This document shows positions 1 through 12,584 of a stretch of 64,000 nt of DNA, piece by piece. Positions within the stretch are counted from its first letter, which is position 1. Every line of letters starts with the position of its first letter. Source of the stretch: Marsupella aquatica (Eukaryota; Plantae; Marchantiophyta); assembly GCA_973895155.1 (NCBI GenBank), contig OZ316896.1:9435525-9499524 (forward strand), read 5' to 3'. Position numbers and translations under genes: made by a program. Under the pieces are notes generated by a model. It had not been told where the DNA came from, did not search any database, and worked only from the letters and a program-made list of their open reading frames with translations.

Positions 1-726
1 CCCTACACACGCAAACACATCTAGCCTCATACCTGGCTGTTTGATTCAAGAGAATTCAAAAGTAATCTTGTCTGTCCATGTGGGGTTGATCCATGAATCC
101 CCATCAATCCCAGATTCCCAACATTTACTCAACTCCCGACTTAACTCCTAAACATGTGGGTAAACATGTCTACCCAAAACCATTTGTCCCACCATAAAGG
201 GTCCCACAAAACTAAACTTGCCTTAAGACAACAAATAATTAAATGTCTGATTTACTATATAAACACGTGTGCAAATGAGGTGATGAGTGTATGTGTCCCA
301 ACCATATAGTGACGTGTGTACTTGGCATTTTGGGTACCCTTGCGTAAGAATAATGTGACATGTATTTGATAAGAGCCTTATTACTAATATTGTGATGAAT
401 GTATATACAGGGATGTTGCCTACTTTAAAAATTATTATAAAAAAAATTTTGTATTACATTAAAAATACCCTTGCATTGTTCGCACGTCCTCCCTGTATTA
501 GTAACGCTGAGGGCCCAGGGCATTGCATTTGTCATTGATAGTAGCATACGGGGTAGCATACGTACCCTAGGAGTGTAGGGTTCGGTATAATTCCGGAATT
601 TTGTACCTCCCAACTGAGTTTTCTCACGGGTAATAAATGTTTAGATGCAATGACATGTATGGACTGTAAATGTTACCTCTATTGTCTGAATTTCTCATGT
701 CCATTTTCTGTGCATGAAGGAGAAAT

Positions 727-2150
727 ATGCCTCAAATGTCTAATTGCCAAAGAGCAATGCGGCCTGTGAAAGACATGTTGATGTTAAATGTAGTACTGCA
801 TAGTTCAGATAGTGAAGAAGAACCAGATACCGGGAGTGAAGGCGATTGGAGTGATGCTACAACACCCACAGACTCTGCATCTGACGAGGATTTTTATTCA
901 TCATCTGACTCCGAGGCTACGACAGACATGTATGACCTTGAGGGCAATTCAGATGACCTGTTTGAGTTGTACAGTGTAATGGAAAACACCAGATATTTTG
1001 TTGATAAGACTATCACCATCAAATCTTGGGAGTTTGTCTTGCAGTTTTTTGATAAACTTCCACCGAGATTATTCAGGCAGATGACCAGAATGGACAAAGC
1101 CTCTTTCTTTGCTTAGTACACCTAATTGAGGATCATCCAGTTTTTGTCAATGATTCACCCTATGAACAGGCTCCAGTGGAATGGCAGCTAGTTGTTACCT
1201 TGGATCGTTTGGGACATGAAGGCAATGGAGCTTGTCTAAATCGTCTCATTCCAACTTGGGGAGTTAGTACAGGATCTCTCTGTAATTTCACAACTTGTTG
1301 TTTTATTGCCATGGAAACTGCATTGAAGGACCACTTGAGATGGCCTGATCGTACTGAAAGACGAAAGATATCAGAGGAGTTTTCAAAGAGAGGCTTCCCA
1401 GGGTGTGTGGGCCTCATTGATGGGACTATCATTCCACTTTCCCAACGGCCAAAGGATTCTGGAGAGTGCTACTACGATAGAAAGTGTCGGTACTCGATAA
1501 ACACGCAAGTTATTTGCGACCACAGAAGGAAAATCCTTTTCCTTTACACTGGTCAGTGTCTTCTTCATATGTCTCTTTAGTTTTACACATGAGTACATGG
1601 TTTTGCATTGCTAGGATTGACATTATTTCACTGCTATGACAGGTATGCCTGGTTCTTATTCACACCTGCAATGCTACAAGAAGTCCTCACTGTTCCGCAG
1701 ACAAAATGATGGCATTCTCTTTGGCCGTGGTCAATACCTTCTCAAAGACAGTGGGTATGCGTCCATGCCACACCTGGTTTGCTCATACAAAAGGGCAGAA
1801 TGCAAGTTCTCAGACCGTGAAGACTTCAACATGTGTGTGGCCAAGTGCAGGGTAACAAATGAGCATTGCATTGGTGTCTTGAAATCACGGTGGTACTCCC
1901 TCAGAGAAATGCGAGTCCAATTGAAATCAAAAGCAAACAACTTCTTTCTAGTGAGGTGGATTGTAATGTGTGCACGGTTGCACAACTTTGTCATTAATAG
2001 GAACGACCTCTAGACTGATGAGGATGAGGAGATTCTAGTTGACAATGTTGACTCAGAAGATGAAGGTGTGGATTTCATGAATAGTAGACCCTCGACCTCG
2101 ATATGGTCGACCCCAACCACATAGTGTTACCTTACAAAACAACATCATGC
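727..2150 (+). pseudogene. Harbinger DDE transposase (DDE_Tnp_4-like), disrupted
   Basis: Motifs EWQLVVTLDRLGHEGNG, LRWPDRTER, GFPGCVGLIDGTIIPL, YYDRKCRYSINTQVICD, YLLKDSGY, RVTNEHCIGVLKSRW, CARLHNF. Frameshift near 1112. GT-AG intron 1552-1642 restores the frame (YT-GMPGS). Premature TAG at 2011 precedes an acidic tail. Confidence 0.9.
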
Positions 2151-3182
2151 AATGGGCATTGCAGTTCCATAAAGAATCGGGTGGATGTCTCTATGTCGGG
2201 AGTACTCGAAATGTCACTTAATTATTAGCACCTGCTGTAAAAGGCTTGAACATGTCTTTGTTGTCATAGGTAAAGTGTCTAAGGGCACAATGACCCTGCT
2301 TAAACTAGGAAGGTCAAGAGAAGGAGTTGGCAGTATAGAATTCCCGTCCAATTGTAGGTAGCATGCAGGCCAAATAATAATGCTGGAGGAATAACTGTGA
2401 ATGGAGAAGTCCTGTTATTGTAAGTGTGAACCATATTCCATTATATTTATTTTTTACGTTCCCTTCATGGCACCATGCGCTCAACTCAATGACTGTGAAT
2501 ATGTGGGCACTTATGACTGTGTACATATGTGAATAATTAAAGTTAGGATAAATTTTCCCAACATGTGGATGTCTCAGTGAAAAGAACTCGACCAAAATTA
2601 CAAACATAAATGCCAACTTAGGTGAAATTCCCTCTGAATGTGGATACGTACATGACCAACAAACATGTACCATATAGGTTACATAATGAGGAAAATTATG
2701 ATGCAACCCAAAGAAACCCCAAATGTTGCATCACCACTTCATCACTAGATTGTCCCAAAAATAATAATAGTATCAAACTACTCCAAACATGAATATGAAA
2801 GGAATTTGCAAGAGACCTCTCATGGGGGTCCGTAACTACTACAAACTTCCATATCCCTGTCTTCACCAAACATACATTCTGAAGTGCCAAATTTCCGAAA
2901 TGCCGGAATTTTGTAATTCCGGAATTACAAAATTTGAAATGGGTACGTAGAACAGAAACATCCGTACTTTGGGAACAACACACATTGTGCATAGCATCCT
3001 TCCCGCCTGGTGGATTTGAAGTGTTGGTTGTGAAGGAGGAATCGCTCGTCATCGATCCTTGTTTTGCCTGGTTTTTGGATTTTGGACTTCCTGAACCATT
3101 GTTGTAGCAGATTTCATTCATCGTATGTTCTGTGGCACGCATAGTGTACACTTCCTATATCCTGTACCCCTTGGCAGGCGTA

Positions 3183-5949
3183 ATGGAAAGTCCAAAAAAT
3201 AGCCACGATTTGGTATTGAGAGAAGTTTCCCCTCGATTCCCTACTGTGGAGGGGCGTCTTAAACGTATGCAGAGCATGCTGCGCGTCATGGGACTGGAAG
3301 GATTACTTACATGGTTCCCTAGGGTGCCGTAGCACCTTCGCTGCTGGCAGAAATCATTGATGGCATTACTGCTGACAAGTTCGAGGGTACAGTCAGAGGC
3401 CAAACTAACGAGTGGACAGATGAGTTTGTTGGAGATGCATTCCGCATCTCAACCGAGGGGGAGGGGATGTTCAGGCGCCACCAACATTGCTCTGAGGCGT
3501 ATTTCTCTATCCCACCTGGGACCAAGGATGGGTGGAAGATCAGTGACTGCAACAACGGTGACCTTGACATGCTGCTTCGCTTTCTCATTCCAATTTTCCA
3601 TCCAATGAGGCCGAGCCGAGTTATGTGTAGCTTGGCTAACACCATTGTAGCATCGTGGACACAACAGAGGAAAACAAATTGGGGATTAATTTTGGCTGCA
3701 GTAATAAGGTCGCAGCTGGCACAGTTAGGCAAAAAAAATGTTACTTATCTCCAGGTGTATGTAGGCCAATTGTATTGGTATGGGTCTTGTCTCCTGCCAG
3801 AAGAAAAACAGGAACGACAAAGTATCTTTGCAAACCTTGACATTACTGGTATATGTGACTCAAATTCGGATTCAGAGGATGACAGTCACGGTCATGAGGG
3901 GTCGGAAGACGAAACAGGTGATGAACCACATCATGAGTTAGAGGCAGAAGCCAATTGTGACGAAGTCCCCCAGTACACAGATGTTCTGATACAGGAAATG
4001 GAAGATGCCATTCCTGACGAAGTCCCCTAGTACACACATGTTCCAGTAGAGGAAATGGAAGATGCCATTCCTGGCGAAGTTCCCCAGTACATAGATGTTC
4101 CAGTACAGGAAATGGAAGATGCCATTCCTGACAAAACAGGGCTAGTGGACTCTCCTATGCAAAGGCCATTCACTGATGCGAAGAGTTTAAGAGATAGAGT
4201 TGCAATATTGGAGGCAGAGAATGACAATTTGAAGTTGTTGGCAGACATGAGCATAAAAAGGAAAAGGCGTCGGCCAAATCCCAATAATGTCACATAAACA
4301 ACTTCCGGTGTACAGTCTGCTTCACAGTCGCCAAGTTCAGTAGGTGCAGAAGGCAACGAGAAGATCATTAGTGACCTGGTTTTTATGTTGGGTTGTTGTC
4401 CTTAGGAAATAGTGAATGAAGTACAGAAGCTGGTGGATGCAAATAAAATACATGCCACAGTACTTGGAGATGCAAAATTTGACAATAATGGTAAGTCGGG
4501 TCCCAGCTTTACCATAAGAGAACTTAGTCCTATTATTGTGGAGGCAGTGCAAGATAGTGATGTGGTTGAGCAATGCACGGACAATCCTGTCCATGACCTT
4601 GGAGGGGTAGAGTTTCCATCAGTGCATGAGGCAACTGCAGACGTGGAGGCTGTTGCAGAGGTCCAGGTACAGGTAGTCACACAACTTCTCCCTGACCAAT
4701 GCATGGACAATAATGATGTCCATGAGGCACGTCCACAATTAACAGCACTACATGACGCATGGGCAGAGGCAGAGGTAGAGGTAGAGGTAGACATAATCTC
4801 TCACGTTGTTCCACAAGGGAGTCTTCCCAATGCTACACCAACAAAAGAACATGTTTATGAAGATGATGCTCCACATGAGCATGTCCCCCAAGATGTCCCT
4901 GAGCATGTCCCTGAGCTTGTGTCTGAGGATGTCCCTGAGGCTGGAGCTGAAGCTGAGGTGAGTCTTCTCAAAGATGACTCAGAAGGACAGAAGACGGCAT
5001 TTCTTCATAAGCACATCCTTGACAATTACATTTGCACAGAGGGCTGTGAGAATTGTACTGTTCCCATTCATAAAAGCAAATATGGTGGCAACAGTTACTG
5101 GATAAGAGATTCGGAGGCTCAGACACACATTGTGTCTATCAATTCACCTGCCTCACCCACACCAGCAGAAGAAGTAGCAAGATATGTAGAGGCATGCTCA
5201 ATTATTCAACAATACCAAAGTCCTATGCAGGAGTTCTGGCATTATTATTTTGCCAAGAGAAGGGAAGCCTTGTACATATTCAAGTTAGGTGCTTCCGGTC
5301 CTAGCCTCATCCAAAAGCAGGATTTTTTGAATATGTGGCACGTTACAGAGTATTTTCGTGAGATACTGTCCATGATGGTAATGTACGGTGATCTCAAAGT
5401 GTTTGACAATGAAATGCTGATTGCTGAGTGTGGCAATCTACCAGCGTACTGTTTGCTCTTCATGCTGGATTTTCTGGAGCAATCAGAGAGGCCTGAGGTG
5501 GGAATCCAATTACATTCCATCCTAAGACACCAGCTATTGCTGTTTACAATTACATGAAGACAGAGGATTTGCAAAGAATGCGGGACAACATTTATACTCC
5601 TACATTGCTGGAGTACAGGACATATTATGACAGACTAATGGTGGACTTTGAACCTTATGTGGATATCATGTCAAGTGAGGAAAGATATCGGGAGCGATTT
5701 CTTACTGTGGAGTATGATACCTGCAGCAATTTAAACTTCCTCACAGTTTACCGTGAAGCTACTAGGGTACACCAACTGTTCATTAACAAGCAACTCCCTT
5801 TGCTTGGCTATAAGCGACAGTTTAATTCCCTGCCCTTAACTTTTCATAATGAGGGTAAGAGAGAAGAAATTCTTGAGGCCATTCGTAAAGGGACCGTCAA
5901 ATTACCAGAAGTGGTTGAGTACGTTAGGATCATAAAAAGTGCTGAATAG
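3183..5949 (+). pseudogene. Accessory third ORF (~920 aa reconstructed): PMD/plant-transposon-protein-like N domain, 19-aa repeats, coiled coil plus NLS, acidic linker, Cys/His motif and helical C domain
   Basis: ORFs 3467, 4055 and 4412 share one frame, separated only by TAG 4028, TAA 4295 and TAG 4403. Frameshifts near 3328 and 5555 join MESPKNSH..GLEGLLTW and MKTEDL... Contains KRKRRRP and CTEGCENCTVPIH. Confidence 0.7.
3959..4132 (+). repeat. 57-bp coding tandem repeat x3 (DEVPQYTDVxxQEMEDAIP)
   Basis: Directly visible. The second unit has CAG changed to TAG. Confidence 0.9.
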
Positions 5950-6330
5950 TTGAACACTGAGTACCGATTTAGACGTCAGTCCATAGTCCATTTTGCTTAC
6001 CGGAATTCTGGATTTCCGGCATTCCAGAAGTTTCTCACGATTGGTTTCACAACAAATAAGACTATTTTTTGGTAGTAGTTTGCCAGGTTAGTTTATACAG
6101 GTGTGCCGGCATACAATGTGAAAGCATAGGAAGGATGCTGAGAGACATTGTTTTGTACACGGAATGCAGAGTTTGAAAATAAAAGATAAACACATGCAAG
6201 GTTTGCATTGCCCATTATTAATTCACAATTGTACAGTGAAGCTGTGTACATTGTGCAGTACATACATTACTAAATGTAGATCTGGTTCTACAAATATGTA
6301 CTATAGTTGAATCTACTCTTTATCTAGAAG

Positions 6331-7947
6331 CTAAAGAAGATCCTTGATCTCATCAGAAGACTTGTTGGACCCTAACAGAGTGGTCAACAATGTAGTTCGC
6401 CTATTTGCTTTATCCAGCTTCTCTGCATGTTCTTGCTCTGCTTTGACTTTATTCAAAGCATTCTCAGCACAGAAGGCTTCTAAGGCCAGTTGATGCTTCC
6501 TGTCCAACCGGTGCTTGACTGAAGCCTCAGCCTGAGCTTGGGTTCTGGCTTCACGTCGCTCAACAATGTCTTGGGTCTGACTTCCACTTGTCACGACTTA
6601 TGATTAAATCTTTTCGATAATCAGCTTTGAGGTTGATTCTCTCAATGTATATGCTGAAAAGGAAGGCTTGAATTCCTTCTGGGCCTCCTTTGCCGCTTGC
6701 GCGGGAGTCTTGGGCCCCTTCTTTGAGGGGGCTAGGACTGTGGGAGGAATTGGTGAGGCAGTTCGTGGTCCTGAAGTAGCACTGTCTGTGGGGCGGGCAC
6801 GTTTTCCCCAGTGTTCATGCCTGCAAACCTGGTACAAACTTGACACAGGCAATTGGTGACATGAGCCCCAATGTTTTCCCTGGCGATGTCCTCCATTTCC
6901 TTCCAGAAGCCATCATCGACTGGGGGTGCTCATCCTAAAGTTGAAGGTGTAGGAATGTGATGCACTGCTGCTGTTGATGTGTGAACAGATTGAGCTGGCG
7001 ATGGTGCAGGCGTATCTGTGTCACCCCAGGAAGAATATGGAGATTAATTCATTTGTTAGGCACTTTACAGTGAACACAGAATCCTGAATCCGAAAATATA
7101 ATTAACAAAAAAGGAATGGGAGAGCTTGTACCATCAAGGATTATGGTTGGACTGTGTTCCTGTGCAATATTATTTGGGCAGGAGTTCTCCCAATCATCGA
7201 CAATCTCCACATCCCCAGAGTCATCTTCAGTCACGATAAGTCAAGATTTTCAACTCCAACGTCACCAACAATTGGTGGGTTAACATTGGGTCTAGCTCCA
7301 AAGAGAGCATGCATTTGCTCAAAATGAGGGCAGAGGCGGTTGAATTTGTCCTCCAAGGTCATCCCAGCCAATGACTCTTCCTCTGTCAGCCCTGCTCCAG
7401 TGCCATTCTTCACTTCAAGAGCTTGCTTGTATCTCAATTTGTACCGTTGGAATTGCTTCGTCAAATTTGGTGCAGTGATTTCCTTGGGGAAACCATGATG
7501 AATGAGTGCAGCCAACATGGACTTCATGACAGTGGCCTTAGACTGGTATTTCTGCCCAATCTTTGTTCTCCTACCTGATCCATGCACTGCTGCAAAGTTC
7601 TCAGGGATCTCAAGGTATGAGACTATGAGATCATAGTCTTCATCCTTCAAGCGAAACTTCTCAGCAGGAACTTGGTACTGCTTGCTGGCAACAGTTGCTC
7701 GTGGTGGCTGGAAGGCAGAGCCTTTGCTCCTCCCAAAACCTTCTCTCACAAAACCCTGGCTCCCTGTGCTAGACATTGTGCTGAAAGAGGTTGAGCCCAC
7801 AGAAGAAGATGTGGGCTTGTCAAGAATGGACTGCAAGTAATCAGCAACCTTGTGCTCGACCTCGTGACGAAGGGCAGTTCGTGCTCGAACTAAAATGTCG
7901 AAAGCTCTATCACATATATACATAGATTCAGACGAGGCATTGTCCAT
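6331..7947 (-). pseudogene. Harbinger-associated Myb/SANT-like DNA-binding protein, 3' part decayed
   Basis: LIVSYLEIPENF..GSG..TKIG and RYKLRYKQALEVKNGTGAGLTEEE..TLEDKFNRLCPHFEQMHALFGARPNVNPP. Probable intron ~7017-7131. The coiled-coil C terminus (6331-6852) has frameshifts and stops. Confidence 0.75.
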
Positions 7948-9402
7948 GACTTAGCAATTTGTGTTGTGATAGAGGGAGATGTCGACGATGCCAAAATTTG
8001 AAAGAAGTGCGCGAATCCGCACATTCGGGAAAATTGAAATCCGGCAATCCGGAAATCCAGATTTTGAATTGCATACGACGAGTACGTCGTCGGTGATTAA
8101 AGTGCAATCGACGCATTACGCGTCAACGGTGCTCCTAAAATTTTAAACCTCTGCAACTTTGGAATAAAGGACCTGCACTATCCAACCGACGTGGCAGCAT
8201 ATGGCTCGTTCAGGGCAGGGACATTCCGAGCGGGAGGGGAAATGGTGCTGATAATTGAAACGTGACTTAGGCCGTAATGGCTGCCATACGGGGCGGGTCA
8301 AACCTTACCCCCTCTTTTTTCTAAGTCCCGTCAGAACCTCCCGTGGGCTGTGTTACGGGAGTAATCCCGTGGCCTTAACTTTTCATTATGGCTTGGCTTT
8401 GAGACGCCCTAATGTACTATATATGTAGCTTGCACCACATTTGTGAGACCACATTTGTGAGGTGATAGTGAGAGTACGAGACCTTTCATGAAACGGGCTA
8501 TCCAATTCTCAAAGTGCTCCCCCACCTAATCAGAAATGATCAACCGCAGTACTGTGCTCCTGTACTGTGCTTCTAAGGTGCCCACAAACAAGGCTACTGT
8601 AGCTAGCTTGTGTGTTACCAACGGAAATCTACTTGGCTCTATGTACATTCTGTAACCAGAAAATAAAAACTTAGGAAATCTAACTGTCTGGTCTTGTACC
8701 CAGCCCATTATTGTCGGTTTCATTTGCAGGTTGTCATTTGCAAGCTAGGACAGTAGGACGTGTGTCTTGTTGACAAAGTCACGCATTGATGAAATTCCTT
8801 TGGAGCACCACAATTGGGAGGTGGTAGTGAGAGTAGGAGTTCCAAAGTTCCTTATAACCCTACTTGTGCTACACCAACTGAAATACGTGGATGCTGAGCA
8901 ACACCTCAAGCAGTTTGGCCTGGTACCGGCCGACCGGCCCGAGAACACGATGAACAAAGCGTCAGTTCATCGAAATTGCCAAACGGACGTCGGGTGGAGA
9001 AGTACTAAAAGCTATCCTTTAGAAGTCAACAAGGGAGTACTACCGTAGCATCAGGCCGTGCGAAAAGTTACTCCCAGAAGTTCCTGGAATGGAATTGTCG
9101 CGTTTATAAAAGTAGGGAATTTGGGATCTAACTTAGACATGGATCCGCGTCACTTTGACGGTGGGGACTTCAAAAAGAAGCTTTCCAGAGGTCAATTCTC
9201 ATGACCGATGGAGTGGAGTTTCCCAGGGAGGACGGGACGGAGGGGTGTCGTCCAACCGTCAGTCTTGAACAGCTGGAAGGAAGGAACTAAAAGGGAAGTT
9301 TGCTTGCTGCTTGGTTGCATTCAGCTACAGGAGTAGCAGTAGCTGGCTGTCCTCTACATATATTAAAGTTCAGTATTGAAAATGGGGCCTGAGTGAACGG
9401 TT

Positions 9403-9563
9403 TGGTCTGAACGTATTTCAAAGCTGTATTGTCAAAATGCTATGAAGTTAGATATTAGTTCAGTTTTTGTGACCACATAGGTGTGGTCTGAACGTATTGT
9501 CAAAGCTGTATTGTCAAAAGAATATGAAGTGAGATCTTAGTTCAGTTTTTTGTGACCACATAG
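9403..9563. repeat. ~81-bp tandem duplication
   Basis: TGGTCTGAACGTATT...GTGACCACATAG at 9403 and 9484. Confidence 0.85.
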
Positions 9564-10748
9564 CTTTGGTGGCGGGCCTGATATAATCGTAGAGTTGGCA
9601 CATAGCATTCATGACTCTACAGGGACCCCAGGACAGGCATGCTTTGTCCCTGCAGCCAGCTTGGTGTGCTACTTCTGGACACTCTCTTCCATCGTCGCAA
9701 TGCCCCATGGCGAGTGATCAAATGTATGTGGTCACAGTAGAGTTCATACTGCCTAAGCTAACAGTACTGTATGGTTTTGACAATTAGTGGAGAACAAACT
9801 TTAGGAGATGCAACCAATGTTTCACTAGCATAATATTCCCTTGCATGGGGGTCATTTTTCCCCCTCTCTCCTTCCAGTGCCTACTGGACATTTGTTCTTC
9901 ACTCCACCGACCTGACTCCAAAGGGATTTCTGCATGATTTTATTGATTGACCTTTCTAAGCTAGCTAGTAGCCTGGATACTGGGAGGAACAGGCTGCTGA
10001 AAAGTTCCTCCCTTGTCTCTATGTCACCTGCCGACCAGGTCATGGGATCTGTCTGCCCCAACAGGTTGGTGATCATGAGCATATCACCTCCATCATGGTA
10101 GGTTTGGAGATCACACATCTGTGCCTGGATTTTCTTGAAGGCATCGATTTGGATAAGGATATCCGAATTATGTGCTCTTTTGGGGAATGAATGAAGTTTA
10201 TTGAACCCAAAAGTTCAGTTGGGAAGACATATTAATTAATAGTCATAGTCTAAATAAACAAACTGTACTTCTACAGGTGCAGACTCCTTGTCCAATTTGG
10301 ACCCCTATTTTGTTTTTGGATTCGAGCAACAATCAACTCAGGTTGGGGTGCACTAAGTCAGTCGCAATTTTTTATGTCAATGTGCTTCAATAAGGTGCAT
10401 CATTTGTATTATTTAGACTTTGAGTTTATTTTGGCACCCCCTTAATATTTTTAATCTTTGCTATCTTAGAGAAGTTCTTTCCCACTACGTTAACTTTCAA
10501 TATTCATTTGTGCATCCAATCCCTTTAGCAAATTTCAAATAATTTCTACCGCTTAAGAGAGATTCTGTCTTTGTCATGAGTGAGAGAAAAAAAATGAATC
10601 CAAACAATGTGGACACCTTGTGTTTTAAGTTCTCCTCATGGTTATGTTTACTAAGTTTATGGTTTTGATTGATTTGAGTGTCACTACCTAGGGCAAGTGA
10701 GTACATGTACCTTATGTGCACAACTCTTTGGTACCTTTGTACCATCAA

Positions 10749-11702
10749 ACTTTACTTTTCCTGCTACTAATGTTTGCAAATGGGGGACTTCTACTCTTGT
10801 ATTATGTCACCCTCCATGTCAACACTAACACTATGCAATAGCCAAAAGTAAATTAGATCATGTACACATCATTACAATACAAAAAATAAAATATGTTCCA
10901 GGATGAGCATGCTATAGACTTTTACTTTTCCTGCTCATAATCTTTGCAAATATTGGACTACTCTTGTAGGGTATCACCCTCAATGTTAACAAATACTAAG
11001 AAGTACTTAGCCAAAAGTAAATTAGATCATATACACATCTCTACAAGACAAAAAAATAAAAAATTATGTTCCAAGATGAGCGTGCTATAGACTTTTTCTT
11101 CTTCTTCTTTTTAAGGGGAAATCTGTGAAACCCCACAGAAAGGGAAGAGTAAGCCACAATAGTTGAACCCAAGACCTATAAGTCCTTACTCAAATGAGCT
11201 ACCACAAAGTCATGCCTCTCTGGGCCGCATGCTATCTACTTTAATTACTTTTCCTGGTCATAATCTTTGCAAATCCTGGACTTCTACTCTTGTGTCATGT
11301 CACCCTCAATGTTATCAAATACTATGCAATAGCCAAAAGTAAATTAGATCATCTACACATGATCACCTAGAAGACAAAAAAAGGAAATGTGTGCTGGGAT
11401 GAGCATGCTATAGACTTTTACTTTCCTGATCATAATCTTTGCAAATGCTGGAGTTCTACTCGTGTAGCATGTCACCCTCAATGTTATTAAATACTATGCA
11501 ATAACCAAGTAAATTAGATCATCTACACATCACTACAAGACAAACAATGAAATATGTTGTGGGATGAGCATGTCATTAATCTTTCCAAATACTGGATTTC
11601 TACTCTTGTATTATATCACCCTAAATCCTAACGAACACTATGCAATAGCCAAATAAATTAGATGATCTACACATCACTACGACAAAAAAATAGCATGCTA
11701 TA
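10749..11702. repeat. ~165-170-bp tandem repeat, ~5 diverged units, upstream of the LRR gene
   Basis: Recurring TTTGCAAAT..CTACTCTTGT..TCACCCT..ACTATGCAATAGCCAAAAGTAAATTAGATCAT.TACACATC..GATGAGCATGCTATAG. Confidence 0.9.
11094..11226 (-). mobile_element. Probable tRNA-derived SINE inserted in the tandem array
   Basis: Minus strand has A-box-like TAGCTCATTTGAG, B-box-like GGTTCAACT and an A/GAA-rich tail. It is flanked by an imperfect duplication GC(G/A)TGCTAT..ACT. Confidence 0.55.
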
Positions 11703-12584
11703 ATGATAAAAATAAACAGCCAACAGGTAACTTTGTACCAATGTCTTATAAATCCGAGGATTTCTACTTAATCAGCCGTCATTCGATCGTGTTCACTCAT
11801 TCTGTTCCCTTTTATAGTAGACCATTTTTCCGGGATCGAGAGACAGCTGAGCGATCGTCTTAATTTGAGTTACATGCCAAAGAAGTTTCTTGAGCTCAGC
11901 CGTCCTCGCCTCCTCTTCTGCTGTGGATTCTGGAGTTCGGTCGTGGAGGAAGACTGGAGAAGACTAGAGAGTTCAATGCTCATCTCGAATGCCAGAAGTA
12001 ATTGAAGGATTTGGAGCACTGGAGCTCTTGATTTGTAAGACTTGACTTGACGAAGTCTTCTCTTGGCGAAGACACGGAGTATAATTCGAGCAGGTCGAGA
12101 TTGTGGAATTCTTGCCGACTGGGTTGATGATGAGATTTCTCCAGTGGAACCGGACCTGCAGCTCGAGGTGACGATCAGCACCAACACGATGCCTAACGGG
12201 ATGCCTAGAGGTTCCCTCCACGCACAAACGAAGTGCTTGAGTCAGACCACTGTCTAGCTTGCTGCAGCTTGTTTTCTTTGCCTGGGAGTAAACTAGTGGA
12301 GAAATCAAAACGTCAACTCGAGAGATTAAGAGAGGATTGTCTGAGATCATGGGAGTATGAAACGAGGAGAACGAATTTGCAGCTTCACGTTTCTCTTCCT
12401 CCGGTCGAGTAGCTAGACTCAGTTGTGCTCCTGGCGGAGACTGGCTTCCGTGGATGGCAAGGGAGCGAGCTTGGATTTCTGATTACGAGCGAATGGTTCC
12501 AATCTCATCGACTTTTTGGAGACGAGATCTGGCAGAAGAGAGCTGGTGAGCATTTTCTGTTCTGTCTTGCTGTCTCCAGGGAAG

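Larger units (their letters stand above)
1..8409. mobile_element. PIF/Harbinger DNA transposon with three genes (transposase +, accessory ORF +, Myb/SANT-like -); left end not found in window
   Basis: Convergent DDE transposase and Myb/SANT-like gene. Candidate right terminus ...TTTGAGACGCCC at 8409 is followed by TAA (Harbinger-type TSD), with CCCGT/ACGGG subterminal repeats at 8325-8372. No matching left TIR seen in 1-727. Confidence 0.7.

Noticed and set aside
8745-9300. Possible LRR-receptor remnant on the minus strand (PSSLGNS..MRIDL)
   Set aside because: Only one LRR-like phrase and no consistent frame; too weak to call.
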